Source: Gonapodya sp. JEL0774
Taxonomy: Eukaryota
Direction of reading: 5' to 3'
Length of the DNA stretch: 37,065 nucleotides
Assembly: GCA_027604505.1 (NCBI GenBank)
Contig: JADIIX010000083.1
Location: forward strand, 62,001-99,065
Below are positions 1 through 12,000 of the stretch, in pieces; positions within the stretch are counted from its first letter, which is position 1; each line of letters starts with the position of its first letter. The notes under the pieces are model-generated. The model saw only the letters and a list, made by a program, of their open reading frames with translations, had not been told where the DNA came from and did not search any database. The position numbers and the translations under genes were made by a program.

Positions 1-436
1 CCCAGAATCCAATGCAGGAATGTGGCTCGAATCACCAATTCTACATCAGTCAAAGGAGAATGCGCAGCGTGTGGCATCGTCGTCTGACTCCTGGCTCTTG
101 TGCGATGTGGGTACCAATTCGGCATAAGATTATGTTTGACCTCACATCGAGTTCTCCTCTGTTTCACAGCCCTCTGACCAGCACCAACAACCTCACAACT
201 CTCTTTCACAGATGCAGTCAAGTGTACCTCCCCATCGGCTGGCACCACCCACTTCTATGCTCGATTTCACAACCGAACGCACTGAACAATCCATCTTCGA
301 TTTGTCCCATGATAGTGTCGAGGAGTCAGATCCTATGCTTCCTGCATTCGAGGTACAGACTCCTGACCCAGACTTGGATATGCTCTCAAACGTGGATGGC
401 AACCACCGGGACTGGTTGAGACAAGTTCGCGATTAG
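1..436 (+). CDS. 3' end of an unknown spliced gene, truncated by the window edge
   Basis: Frame 2 is open from base 2 (PESNAGMWLESP...WLLCD). A gtgggt donor at 107 and cag acceptor at 169 join in phase 0 to an exon in frame with ORF 212..436, ending ...DWLRQVRD*. No domain recognised. Confidence 0.45.
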
Positions 437-1250
437 CTTTTCCGGGTATTTTAGAAAGTATTTGTAGTTGTCGATAGCACTACCGTTATAATTGAATTTC
501 AAACTTAGATGATTTTAACGGTGCCCGCCCTTCGAACGAACGCAATGCACCTATGCTGGAAGAGACTTCTTCCACAATGAAAATCCCCGAACGCAGTGTC
601 TGTAACTTGCATCATCTGAACTTCCAACATTTATAGTAAGAAAACATGACATTGCGAAAAAGAAGGAATTGCTATGAATCTGTCGGTGGGGCGGAAGGTC
701 AGGAAAACAAGGATTGGAAGGGGACAGGTCGCACCATGTTTACACACCGACCAGCCATCATTCGAGTAATTTTTATGACATTTCAGCGAGTTCTTTTGCT
801 TCTTGAGAATGTACATGCAGTGACTTTTGGTTGTTCAACTACCGTCCAGCGGAATACGAGAATGTTCAACCGCCAACAACTGGAATTTTCTTATCTCAAA
901 CCATTCAATAACTTGACCGAGTCCCACCCCGCACTGTGGTTCAATGACTCAACTCCGGGTATTTCGGTCCGACCAGGAAATCCCGCTGCGGTCTTCAATA
1001 GTAGAGGCGAGGTCAAGAAAACCTGCTGTGTGGCCGTTTCTTGCGAAATCACAAGAGGCTGCAAGGGGTTGTGGTTATTGTAATCCCAAATGCCGAGATT
1101 GCGATTGCCATCTGGGATAGAAGGGGGGGGGGGGGGCGGCAGGGTGAAGGCTGAGTGTTAGGCAAGAAATGACAAGTGAACAGGTGAGAAACCGAAGTAG
1201 ATATGTGTGCTGACCTTGGGGCTCATTAGAGGGTGGTTGATGTTGATCGT

Positions 1251-2006
1251 TCATCTCCGCTGGCTATTCACGGTGCGGGAAGGTTTCAGGGGCGGCGCCG
1301 GCGAACTTAAACATGCTCCACTTACTGAACTCATAAGCCATAAATTGTCCACCGGATCAATACCCCTGTCTTCGCACCACATATCGAGAAAGGAAGTTCT
1401 CTCGCCAGGCACCAGGCTTCTTCGATCGCGGTGATCTTGATTTTCCACTTGAAAAGAATTACCGATGCTGTGTGATGGCGTGGCTAGTGTGGAGTTCGGT
1501 GACATGGCTTGGGACATTTGGGAAGAGTTCTCGTCGGCAGGTGGGGGAAGAGAAGGAGGGAAACTGTGGCCGAGCATGCTCTTAATGAGTGCCAGCTGAG
1601 CTTCTAGACTTCGATTCTTCTCTCGCAGGGCGACGTTCTCCAATTCGAGCTGTCTGGCACGATTGTCACTTTCAAGAGAAGACGTGCGGAGGTTATCCAG
1701 CTCCTGTCGTCTCCGTGATCTCCAAGCCTGTTTCGAGGGAACGGAAGGTAAAACATCAGAGAAGGAATACATTGGAGCAAACATGAGTCAGTTCAATTAT
1801 GGTTGCTGTCAGCGATGATGAAATCCAGCTGATTGATCCTGGTGTCGCTGGCCGACATCAACACAATAGCTCTGACCCACTTTTTGTGCCGCCTTATTCT
1901 TCTCCCGCTGTGCTCGCATTTTCTTGTCCAGTGTTGAATGCGAGTGGTGGGACTGAGGAGAAGAATCGTCGCTGGATTCGCTGGCATGGAAAGCGCGGGT
2001 CGACAT
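1251..2006 (-). CDS. bZIP transcription factor with a Yap/AP-1-like basic region, 2 exons (2006-1881, 1727-1251)
   Basis: Splicing gtgggt...aaacag gives REKNKAAQK|AWRSRRRQEL (N-x7-R basic motif), followed by leucine heptads ...RQLELENVALREKNRSLEAQLALI. The true 3' end is uncertain. Confidence 0.85.
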
Positions 2007-2515
2007 GGTTTCTCTCAGTTGCGGGTGCCGAAAGCTCAAGGGAGTCGGTGGGGAATATGTGGAAAAAATAAATGGACCGACTGGGCATGATCGTGATTTC
2101 CCATTTGGTGTTAAGGAATTCGGGCATGAGGGAGTGATGCTGCAATGTGGGGAAGTGATTTTCGAAAAGATCCGCTCGCTTGAAACATTTGAGCCGTCAA
2201 ACTTGGAAACAAACAGGTTGTTCCTGACAAGCACTTCAACAAGAAATTTCCCGCATTCCCACAAGAATTCAACTCATTCATCTTCGACTAACATTCAATC
2301 ATTCGAGAGTGCCTTCGCCATCTGCATGGCAGTCTGTTTGCAATCAGATCCAAGTTGGATCGAGTCAAATCATGTCAACACATGGGATAATGAATCTTGT
2401 ACCATGTATTCCTTGTGCCTTCAAACAGAACCCGGCTGACACAAGTCCCGTTCCCCACCTTTTTGTCCGCTTCCCTGACTGACACTCGTGTTTGCGGTGT
2501 CGCTTGGCTCCACAA

Positions 2516-2523
2516 TGACGTCA
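2516..2523. promoter_or_regulatory. Perfect CRE palindrome TGACGTCA in the divergent promoter between the bZIP gene and ankyrin-like paralogue 1
   Basis: aaTGACGTCAc at 2514-2524. A single 8-mer can occur by chance. Confidence 0.3.
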
Positions 2524-2995
2524 CAATATCCCACTTGACACAGGCAAATCTGTGCTTTCATATATTGCAATTTGAATCTAAGGCGCCCACTGCGCGGGGT
2601 CTGTTACCAATAGGAAAGGTGGGCGAGACCCCACAAATGGTGAATGGTCAGAAAAGAGGAAAGAACATTAATGTACGTCAGATTCAAGTGTGGAAGGGTT
2701 GCCAGTTCCGAGTTGGATTCAAGAGTCAGAATGTAGACAAAAGGCAATGTGGGTCAAATAGAATGGCGCCACTCTCCCCCTCCTCCTCCTTTCTTCCCGA
2801 GTCGCTCGTTAAACATCTGCATGCACCAGCAACATAATGCCTTTGGAGTGACGAGGACATTGTGTATGTGTTTTCCACAGACATTTGCGAACTGTTATGT
2901 TGGTGGGGCTGACCGCACCAGCTGGCCGCCAGTGAAGTGTGCTCGACAGAAACCGTCAACCTCACGCGGAGTGGACACTTCCCGTGCAGAAAATC

Positions 2996-4530
2996 ATGAC
3001 TCTCCACGCCAAAGCTTCAGCTAATCTTATCGAAGCAATCGAAAAAGGAGACACTGTGGGTGCTGCTCAAGCCCTCAGTCAGGGTGCCAATCCCAATGCT
3101 CGAAAGAAGATCGTTTTAACTTGCAAGGTGAGTGGTGGGAGTTGCTCACCATCATATCTTCTCTACAAATATCTATTTCCTTAGGTCTCAACAGGGTTGT
3201 TCAAACATGAGACTCGTTCAGACACTGCCCTCGGCGAATCTGCCCTTGCCCTAGCCGTGAGGACTGGCAACCTCCATATCGCCGGATTGCTCCTCTCGGC
3301 AGGTGTGGATCCGAATTGGGGGGTTCGTACCGCATTGTCATGTTTCCCCAGAGCGTCGTAGTCGTGAGTCGTCTGTCGGTTGATTTCTAGGTTGAGTGGA
3401 GCGTTGGTGCAACGTACATGACCTGGAATCAGGATGATTGGAACCGAAGGTGGTATTGGAACTTTTCGTATCCATCCATGCTGTGCTTCGCAATTGGACG
3501 CGGGGGCAGTGTGACTGCATCCGACGGATCCGAAAGTAGGTGGCAGGTGAGAGTGTTGCACGTGCCTCCAGCGAAGTGTCCACGAGCAAATTATGCGTAT
3601 TTTGCGTTTGTCTTACCGCAGCATGATGCAGACAAGGGGAAAGTGTTGTCTTCCAAACCTGGTTACGAGGTGAAACTGAACTCTCCATCCTCCGGCAACG
3701 AAGTGTTTGTGCGTATATCGACCTGAAATTGTACGAAGTTCGGACATTTCGTGAAATTGACGGGCACGCTGCTGTGTACACTCTGTTTAGGAAGTCGTCA
3801 AAATCGAACCGAAACCGGCAATGGTCAGCCTCCTCCTCAAGCACGGTGCCACGGTCACTCAATCCGTCCTCGAGGCATACTGGGCACTCGATGACCACGA
3901 ATTGATAGTTTTATTGGAAAATGCAATGATGCAGCGTATCACTGCTTTGAATTCTCGGGTATCGGAACTTGAACTCAAGAATGAGGACTTGTCCAAGATG
4001 GTACGAAAGCTACAGGACAAGAGAACTGCTAGGGCGCCCAGCCCGGCTAATGTGAGAGAAATTGTGCCAATGGAGGAAGCTGTTGAGGTCCGAAGCGCGG
4101 AGCGACAAAAGGAATCCCAGTCTGCAAGTCCGGTTCCGCCAAAGGAGCCGCCAGTGGCTGAGGTATGTTCGTCATGCTCGGGTGATAATATGTCCCTACT
4201 CAAATACTTATTACGTCTCTATTTGTTGCGAAGACGCCAAACTTTGAGATTCCTGCCCTTACTTTGACAGAGCCCACTGTTGTTCTTGGTGCCCCATCCG
4301 ATCCAAAACGGCCACTCAACATCCCACGAAGAGTGTCCTCTGCTGGTGCCGGAATTTCGCTTCCTACGCCTCCCAAAGAACCAGCAGGGCCAGAACACCG
4401 ACCGGACGCAGAGGCCGAGCGTGCTTCTCGGGTTGAGTCAGCAAAGGAGAAGGAAAATTCTTCTCTACTGCCCTCTGTTGCTCCTTCTTCCCAAGATGGG
4501 AAGATTTCCGATGCGGCTTCTGCTTCTTAG
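2996..4530 (+). CDS. Atypical ankyrin-like module + coiled coil + Pro/Ser-rich tail (paralogue 1), about 6 exons
   Basis: Spliced product: LIEAIEKGD...QGANPNARKKIVLTCK|VSTG...GESALALAVRTGNLHIAGLLLSAGVDPN...VEW...PSMLCFAIG...MVSLLLKHGA, then coiled coil ITALNSRVSELELKNEDLSKMVRKLQ. All five introns are phase-0 GT-AG. Confidence 0.8.
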
Positions 4531-5046
4531 GAGTAATTATGACGTTGATGCATTGAAGGCCTATATTTTGAATACGATTATCCTAGATCTCGAGGAAGTC
4601 CGTACTAACCTACAAATTTCCGTCTTCTTCCTTCACCTTCCACTGATAATGATACTGTAACCTTCATGCTGGCGGGTTTTGCCGCCCGACTCGTGCCGGT
4701 ATTTCTTGTCTCAAAAGCACAAATACATATTCCCCACCCCACGGTACGGATAAAATTCATATCACACCTGTGTGCGCGCAGATTGCATTCAATTGCGCTC
4801 GTCTCACCTAAACGTCTCTCGTGAATAAGCAGGTCATTCCTTCTCGGTTCTACTTTCAGCCAGGCACTCGTTAGCTACCTCGTGTCTATCCTCGTAAAAC
4901 TCCGTTCTTCTTTTTCGGTAGAAGCTGGAAGGTGGCTTTGGACTTGCACAGCAGTTGCGTTGCGGCCAGACAGATATCCTTCAGGATATGTTTATTCTTT
5001 GACACGTACACACCCAACTTATGCGCAAGGAAATTTCCGAGCTTTG

Positions 5047-5089
5047 GTGCACGTCATGAATACATAAAAAGTGTACGTCATGAATACGT
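5047..5089 (+). repeat. Two-copy 24-bp-period direct repeat GTG(C/T)ACGTCATGAATAC upstream of ankyrin-like paralogue 2
   Basis: gtgcacgtcatgaatacat at 5047 and gtgtacgtcatgaatacgt at 5071. Confidence 0.7.
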
Positions 5090-5213
5090 TGATGTTGGAA
5101 ACGCGCTATGGCCGGTCAAGGCTGGTTGCACTAAACCTTTCCCAAAGCAGCGATAGTTTGAAAGTGCCACCGAACACCAGTCCATCCTCATAATTTCCAA
5201 AGTCCCTCCTATT

Positions 5214-8159
5214 ATGATGTCGATCGCCAGAGAAATCACATTGATTGAAGCGGTCGAGAGTGGAAATCTGGAGCAAGTGTGGAGCTGTTTGCAGGAAGGC
5301 GCAAATCCAAATGCAAGGAAGAAGGTCACAGTACGAATCGGCAGAAAAGCGCATCTGGCAATAGGAACACTAAGACGAACATTTTCGGGAGGGCCCTTTC
5401 CAAAATCGGACGCCTCCACGAAAAGTTTTGATGCCGAAGGGGAGTCAGCGCTCGCAATAGCAATTCGCGATCAAAGGCTAGAGATTGCGAGGGCGCTTTT
5501 GGATAAAGGTGCAGATTCCAACATACCAATCGAATGGAAGATTGCTCGTACAGCTCAATGGGACAAAGTTTCTGTGGAGGCGATCGATGAGAATGCAGTT
5601 TGGAATCAGGATGGTGAACCTTTTCCCTCTGCTCTGTCTTTCGCTTGCGCAGAAGGAATCAAGTTCTTTAACAGGCCTGGTGCAGAAGTCAGGCTGGATA
5701 ATCCTTCTGATTTAAAAGCGGTTTGCTTGCAGTTCAATTTGACGCCCCGTCCGGACATTGTGGAGCTCCTCATTAGCAAAGGCGCAAAGATTTCCGCAGC
5801 GGACTTGAGAACAGCGGCGGAGTTGAAAACGGCCCCTTCGCAGGCAATTAAGGATTTGCTTGAGAAATATCTCCGAAAAAGTCCGTCGGACCTTTTATTG
5901 GAGTTGGAGGAACTGAGCAAAGAGAACGAACAGCTTCGGATGCGCATGGCCGAATTGGAAAAGGAGCTGGGCAATCAGAACGAGCAGCACGAAACACGTA
6001 TTGCGACTTTAGAGCGAAACTCAGAGAACGCGAATGAGGAGCTCAAGAAACGAGTTGCCGAAATGGAGAAAGGACTCCAGGCCTCAACTTGGCCTTGGGT
6101 TCCATTTGCGCGAGCATTATCGTCCAGTACTCCCGGGGCCACAGAAACACGGAAGATGATGGTTTGTTCGTCCCCACACAAGCCATCGCAAATTGACGAA
6201 ATTGGACTATCTGGTGGTCACCGGGTGTGGGTTGTTGTGACGTTCGGAGATGGGTAAGTTTCTATTTCTGTGTGCCGGAAGCTTTCGAGTTGATAACTGA
6301 TACTCCTCTGCAGTTGGGCAAATGTAAGCCTGGTCATTCAGATTATTCAAAACCTATCTTTTCCACATCTACTCCGTTTTTGAAACCAGGGATTCAACAC
6401 CACAACTGGGGAACTTGGCTTCTTTCCTTTAGCCTGTGTCTCCGACGTGGCGGAGGGCGCCGCCCGATTTCTCGACATTCCTCCGAAGATTCACTCGCGC
6501 AACAGCTCCGTTCGCTATCTCGATACATTGCCAGCTCCTGGTACTGCCGCAGAGTGCGTATGAATGCGTGATACGCTGTAAGGTTCTTCTGAACTCACAT
6601 TGCACGTCAAATGTAACGTTCACAGTAAAATACCTAAGCAATTTGGACCATCCCCCAAGGTCCCCGAACTTCCTACAATTCCGACAATCACGCTGACTGA
6701 AGCTATCAACGCTGAAGGGGATTCTGAGGAGGCGTCGAAGACTGCCTCAGTCAAGAAGCCGATTGCAGAGGCGGTGAAAGCACTCCAGCAAGGAGAAACG
6801 AGGCTAGACCTCAACGGTGAGTGACGTTTATGTCAATCCAAGTCTGCTTTTGTCTTTTGGTGTTGTTGTTGGCGTTTAATGGAGTGATTTCCTGTAAGAT
6901 CTCCAATTGGATTCGGTTGACGCTCAAGCTCTTGCGGAGGCCATAAGAGGGAACAACACGCTAAAAGAATTGTACATTCACAGTAGGTACAGAATCTGCT
7001 CCATCCGCCATTCCTGGATGTAAATAAATGAAAATCGCGGAAGATAATCAAATCGGTGACGCTGGGGCTACTTCTCTCTCAGAAGCGTTGAAGAACAACA
7101 CCTGTATGATGTCTCTGTGGATTAATAGTAAGTGCGCTGAGCTCTGGGGACAAGATATTTCACGGCTGTTTAAGAATTATTTACATCTTTCAGATAACAA
7201 TATACACGAGGGAGGAGTGAAGGCAGTCGTTGACGCATTGAAATCAGGAACTACTGTGCTCGTAGAGATCAATTTGCGAGGTCCGCGTCAAGGTGCTGTT
7301 ATTTCTACCGGAACATCGCTGATTAGATATTCCATATAGAGAATCCCATTGGAGATGATGGTGCCAAAGAGATTGCAAGGCTGGTGAAATTCAACGATAA
7401 CTTGGAGATTCTTCGATTGGCAGGTGCTTAGCCGTCGTTTTCCGTGCTCATGCTTGCTCTGGTATCCAGGAGAAAGTTGGTGGTAAAACTTGATTGTGTT
7501 TACTCTATCCAGCGTGTAAAATTGGACCATTGGGAGTGGAACAAATTGCAGAAGCATTGAAATTCAACACGAAACTTAAGCACTTGGCATTGTATAGTGA
7601 GTTCTGGCGATTCGACTGCGGGCGCGACGCGCAAATCTCTCACTTAAATCCGTTGCCACATATAGGTAATCCAATCGGCGACCAAGGAGCGACTTATTTA
7701 GCAAGTGCACTTAGTATAAATGTGACGCTAAATCACCTGCGACTATACGGTGAGCAGTAGAGGCAATCTTCGTCACTTGGTGAACTTGCGAAATTTGAGT
7801 TCCTTGTAAATAATCACAGAGGCCGAAATCGGGGATGCTGGAGCGAAAGCTATCGCTGATGGTCTGGGAGGGAATGAAGGGCTCAACTATCTGAATCTTA
7901 TGAAAAGTAAGCATCTCTTCGTCTGCATTGATCAATTTGCCCACAACGTCGCACGTTCCGAATAGACAATGCGATCACCACTGACGGTGTACAAGCTTTA
8001 GTAGCCTCATTGCGAAAGAACAAGACTCTTAAAGAACTTTACGTTAAAGGTGCGCGCGGTATGACGATCCTGCATGGTGATGAATTTGCGCCGACAAGTT
8101 TCGACCGCTCGCAAACATTCACAGATAACAGCAATCTTGCGACGAGTGAAACAAGATAA
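5214..8159 (+). CDS. Ankyrin-like module - coiled coil - SH3 - RI-like leucine-rich repeat protein (paralogue 2)
   Basis: Exon 1 (5214-6253) has GANPNARKKV and GESALAIAI...LLDKGAD, a coiled coil and the SH3 start HKPSQIDEIGLSGGHRVWV..FGDG. A 10-nt exon (6314-6323, WAN) and an exon from 6390 (GFNTTTGELGFFPLACV) complete the SH3. A linker exon and eight LRR exons follow (e.g. NQIGDAGATSLSEALKNNTCMMSLWIN). The SH3-to-LRR join and last exon are less certain. Confidence 0.75.
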
Positions 8160-9082
8160 GATCATACAGGTGCATTGCTGTAATTGCCACGTCTGGGTCT
8201 TAGCGATGGCTTCGAAAGGCGGCAAACTATGAGCCTTGGGTCTCACAAGACACAACCCAAGCGCCCTCTTCCTGCCCCATCCACACCGACTGACTTTATT
8301 TTCATGATCAAATTGCACGCACGTCAATGCTTGAGGAGTTAGATTCACGCCAGTTTAAAGAACCCGAGTGCTTAGGGTACACTGATTAATATGTGATTGG
8401 GCAAACTATTATTCTGCTCTTTGTGCAGTTTTCACGGAAACCTTGCCTCTGACAAGCGACCAACACTTTCTATACTTTGGCAGTTACCACGACGGTGCTT
8501 TCCAACAAAAGCGCTGTCACATATAAAATGCAACCTAAAACCATCAGGGAAGATTAGGGGTACAACCGTCATGCACCCAAATAATTCAATCTCCGGGCGA
8601 ATCCATTCGCAAAAGGTATCCACAAACTATCCCCCTTGCGACAATATAAACTGCAGAAAAAAAAAGCCCACAATTTCCGTCGACCGACTTGCGGTGAGGT
8701 ATACCCTCTTTATTGAAGCACTACTGCCCACAACTCGGTAAAAAGCCGCACCAACATCCGCTAGATTTCGTGGCAAGAGTTTTCGGGCACGGCAAGGGTT
8801 GCTGCCAATGGTGGCTTACTCGGCTGGTGCGATTTCCGCGTCGCTCCCGTCCACTCCGCACCTGTTTCCTCCTCGATAATAGCCACCAACATGTTCAGAA
8901 ATAATATAGAAGCTTCAAAAGCCCACGAAAATCGTTGTTGCGTGGAATACAGGCCATGGGTATAACCTCCAGCCTTGCCACCAAGTCCCAAAAATCCAAG
9001 GAAAAGACTGACATGTTGAGTCGTCGCGCCAGATTGTCCTTCTTGAATCATCTCCCTCCATCCAAATATAACATAAGGTCTT

Positions 9083-12000
9083 CTACCAGACCACACCAAC
9101 ACCAGAGTCCACCATCCCAGGCCTCTTCCACTTATCCCTATCTCTCTCCCGCTCTCTTTCTCTGACTCCAAACTCCCACCCGTCCGTTGTGACCTGCGAC
9201 GCACCCCCAGAAATAGTCTGCAGCTCGCCCGTTTCCCCCGACGCTGCCCGAAACACGTCTCCAAAGCCTGTCATAGCCGAAGGGAGAGTAGTGTTCTCCC
9301 CTCCAGTTCCGGAACTGCTCACGCTCCGACGTCCGCTTCCGCTGCGGTTCAGATCAGCGCCTTGGCCCACACCTAGCGTCCCACCGTGACTACTCCCCAA
9401 CCCAAGCGGACTCCCTTCTCGCACACCCCTTGCCGACCCAGCCCTTCTCCCGGTCCGCCCAGCTCCTACACCTCTGCCCTCCAACTCCGCCATCCTCGCG
9501 ATCAACCTCGCCTCCCTCTCTCTCGCTGCTTCACACTCCCTCTGAGCAGCTTCGGCTCTCCTTCGCCATTCATCTCTCTCTCTCTCCACTGCCGATAGCT
9601 TCCTCCTATGCCCCGCGTCCATACTGGCTAACCTCAACTCCAAATCCGCATGCGACTTCAACAAATCGTCCAGCGGTTTGTTATTGTTGAAATTGTAATT
9701 GAACCCAGGAGCAGTCGTCATTGACGATGTCGATGCGCCACCGCCTCCGATGCCACCGCCAACCGCACCCTGCGTGTTCACCGAAGTGGAAGAGATTGCG
9801 GACGTGGATACCGAAGGGTAAACCAGCGCCGCCGCCAACGACGACAAGGACAATGACATGGACGACACTGAATGCCTGGCTTTCTGGACGGGCAACGGCG
9901 CAGGGGATTTCACTTGTAACATGCCGCCCGACGTAGATACAGTGACGGAGGGAGCACGACCCGAATTCCCTATCTGAACCACCCCACTGCTCGCCGTGCC
10001 CGACGGGGCAGGCGAAGGAGATGGCGGGGGAGACGCCCGGCGGGAAGGGTCTATGGAGACGGAGTCTGACGGGTATGGGAATGCAGAGAGGGAGACTGCA
10101 ACCGATGCAGAGGCTGCAGCGGCGGCGCGAGCGAGGTATGGGCTCACAGGAGTATAGGAGCTGTTGCTTGGGGAGGCCATTGCCGCCGCCAAAGGCATGG
10201 GCGATCGAAGGGGCGAGGTGGTAGAGTGGTTGGTGACAAAATTCATTCCCGATTGTGCGACAGGAGCTCCCGGATACGTTTGCGCTGTTGGAGTCAATGG
10301 CACATCGTCACCCACTCTTTCCTTCTCTCTCTCTCTCGCATCCCTCCACACCATGGAGCCCACAACCGAACCTGCGCCCGTCACCGACGCCAATGACACA
10401 GATGCAATAGATCGAGAACCGGCTCCGCCACCCCCAGGACCCCCATTCCCAACACCACTCCTCCAATACCCTTCCTTCTCCCTCTCCCTCGCCGCGAATG
10501 ACAAATCCTTCCACAAACCCGCACCCACACCCCCCACAGACGACGCGCTACCCCCCACCGCTGCGGGTGCAGTGGCTGCAGAGTGCGGCCTCTGTAGGAG
10601 TGCACCGCGCGGGGTAGGGGTTGTAGGAGGTTGCGAGGGGTTGGTGACCTGGCCTGCTCCATTGCCACCACCAGTGTTACCAGTGAGCGCAAGTGAAAGT
10701 TCAGAAGTGGATATGGGACGCCCATTCACGCTTCCGACGATACTCGCGGTCGCAGTGCCAGGGTTAGCTCCCGCGCTGCCTCCTACGACAGGTCCCACAC
10801 CTTGAAGTGAACTTTGCGGCGGTGGTACGGGAAGGGATATGAGGGATGGTGGTCGGTGGGAATTCGGGTGGGAGTGGGACACGTTGTGAGGAGGTGCGGT
10901 AGCGGGGGTCGAAACGAGTGATGCGGAGGAAGAACGGATTGGATGGATTGGAGATACAGATGAAGGAGGAGTTTGGGATTGGAATTGGGATGGGGTTGGC
11001 GGATTTGCGAGGTACAAGGGCTGGGGGAATGACGGAAGCGCGGGTGGTGTGGAGGAGGTTTGTGTGACAGACCCAGATGTCGTCGACTGAGGATTCGAGT
11101 TTGAAGCGGCCGACAAATTCGCCGAAATCGCGTTCATATTTGATGCCGACGCTGATGATGGCGCCAATTGCGGGTTCATTCCCAATGCTTGAAGTATGTC
11201 TCTCCTGGCCAACCTCTTCGCCGCATCCGCCACCCGTTCCGTGACCAACCCGCCCCTCTTCACAATCAACCGCACCACCTCAGCACTGGGCCGGACAGTT
11301 ACCTCATCACACCGTTCCGAAGACCATTGCGGGTCCACCAACCGCACAACGCCGCCCTTCTTGTTCACCCTTAGTGTATGCGCGTGGTCGAGATCCCGTT
11401 GCCAATCCAACAATGGCAGCCCGTCCGCACTAGTCACTCGACCAGCGCCAAGGGCAAAGGAGAGGGCGGAGTTGAAGGTGAAGGTGCAGGCGACTCGTTT
11501 ACGAGTCCAGTCGTCGTGGGTCCACGGAAGGTGATATGCCCACAGGGTCCATTCAACGGGGTCATGGACGAGGTCGGGGCCACCGGCGTCGAGGAGGGCT
11601 TCGGCTAGTGAGTGGGGGTGGAACGCGTGGGGGTGTTAGTAAAGCGCCGTCGGTGTTGCTCAGTACAAGACGTGCCCAGCTCTCTAGTCAACGCAAGTGT
11701 TTCAATTGCACAATGTCCATCTAATTATGTCATCCATTCATAAATGATTGACTCAGTAGTCTCCACTCCGCTACTGAGTCACTTTTCCCATTGTTGATTG
11801 ATGGACTCACCGATATCGGCTTGACCAACCATAATGGCCAGTGCCAGAGCACTCTCACCCAAGGCCACATCGTGCCTCAGCTCGCCCAAATCCTTCGTGA
11901 CCACCCTTCCATCCTTCCGTTCCCAGTCCCTGAACACTCGACATGAAAACTTGACCCACTTCCGGGCGGACGGCTTGGCACCCTTGGAGAGCGCATCACG

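Noticed and set aside
1122..1144. Poly-G runs here and at about 37039-37065 as functional G-quadruplexes
   Set aside because: Simple homopolymer runs with no supporting evidence of function.
1..1420. The partial gene at the window start as an inverted paralogue of the bZIP gene (MW.E...D.WL resemblance)
   Set aside because: Similarity is too weak to support without the upstream sequence.
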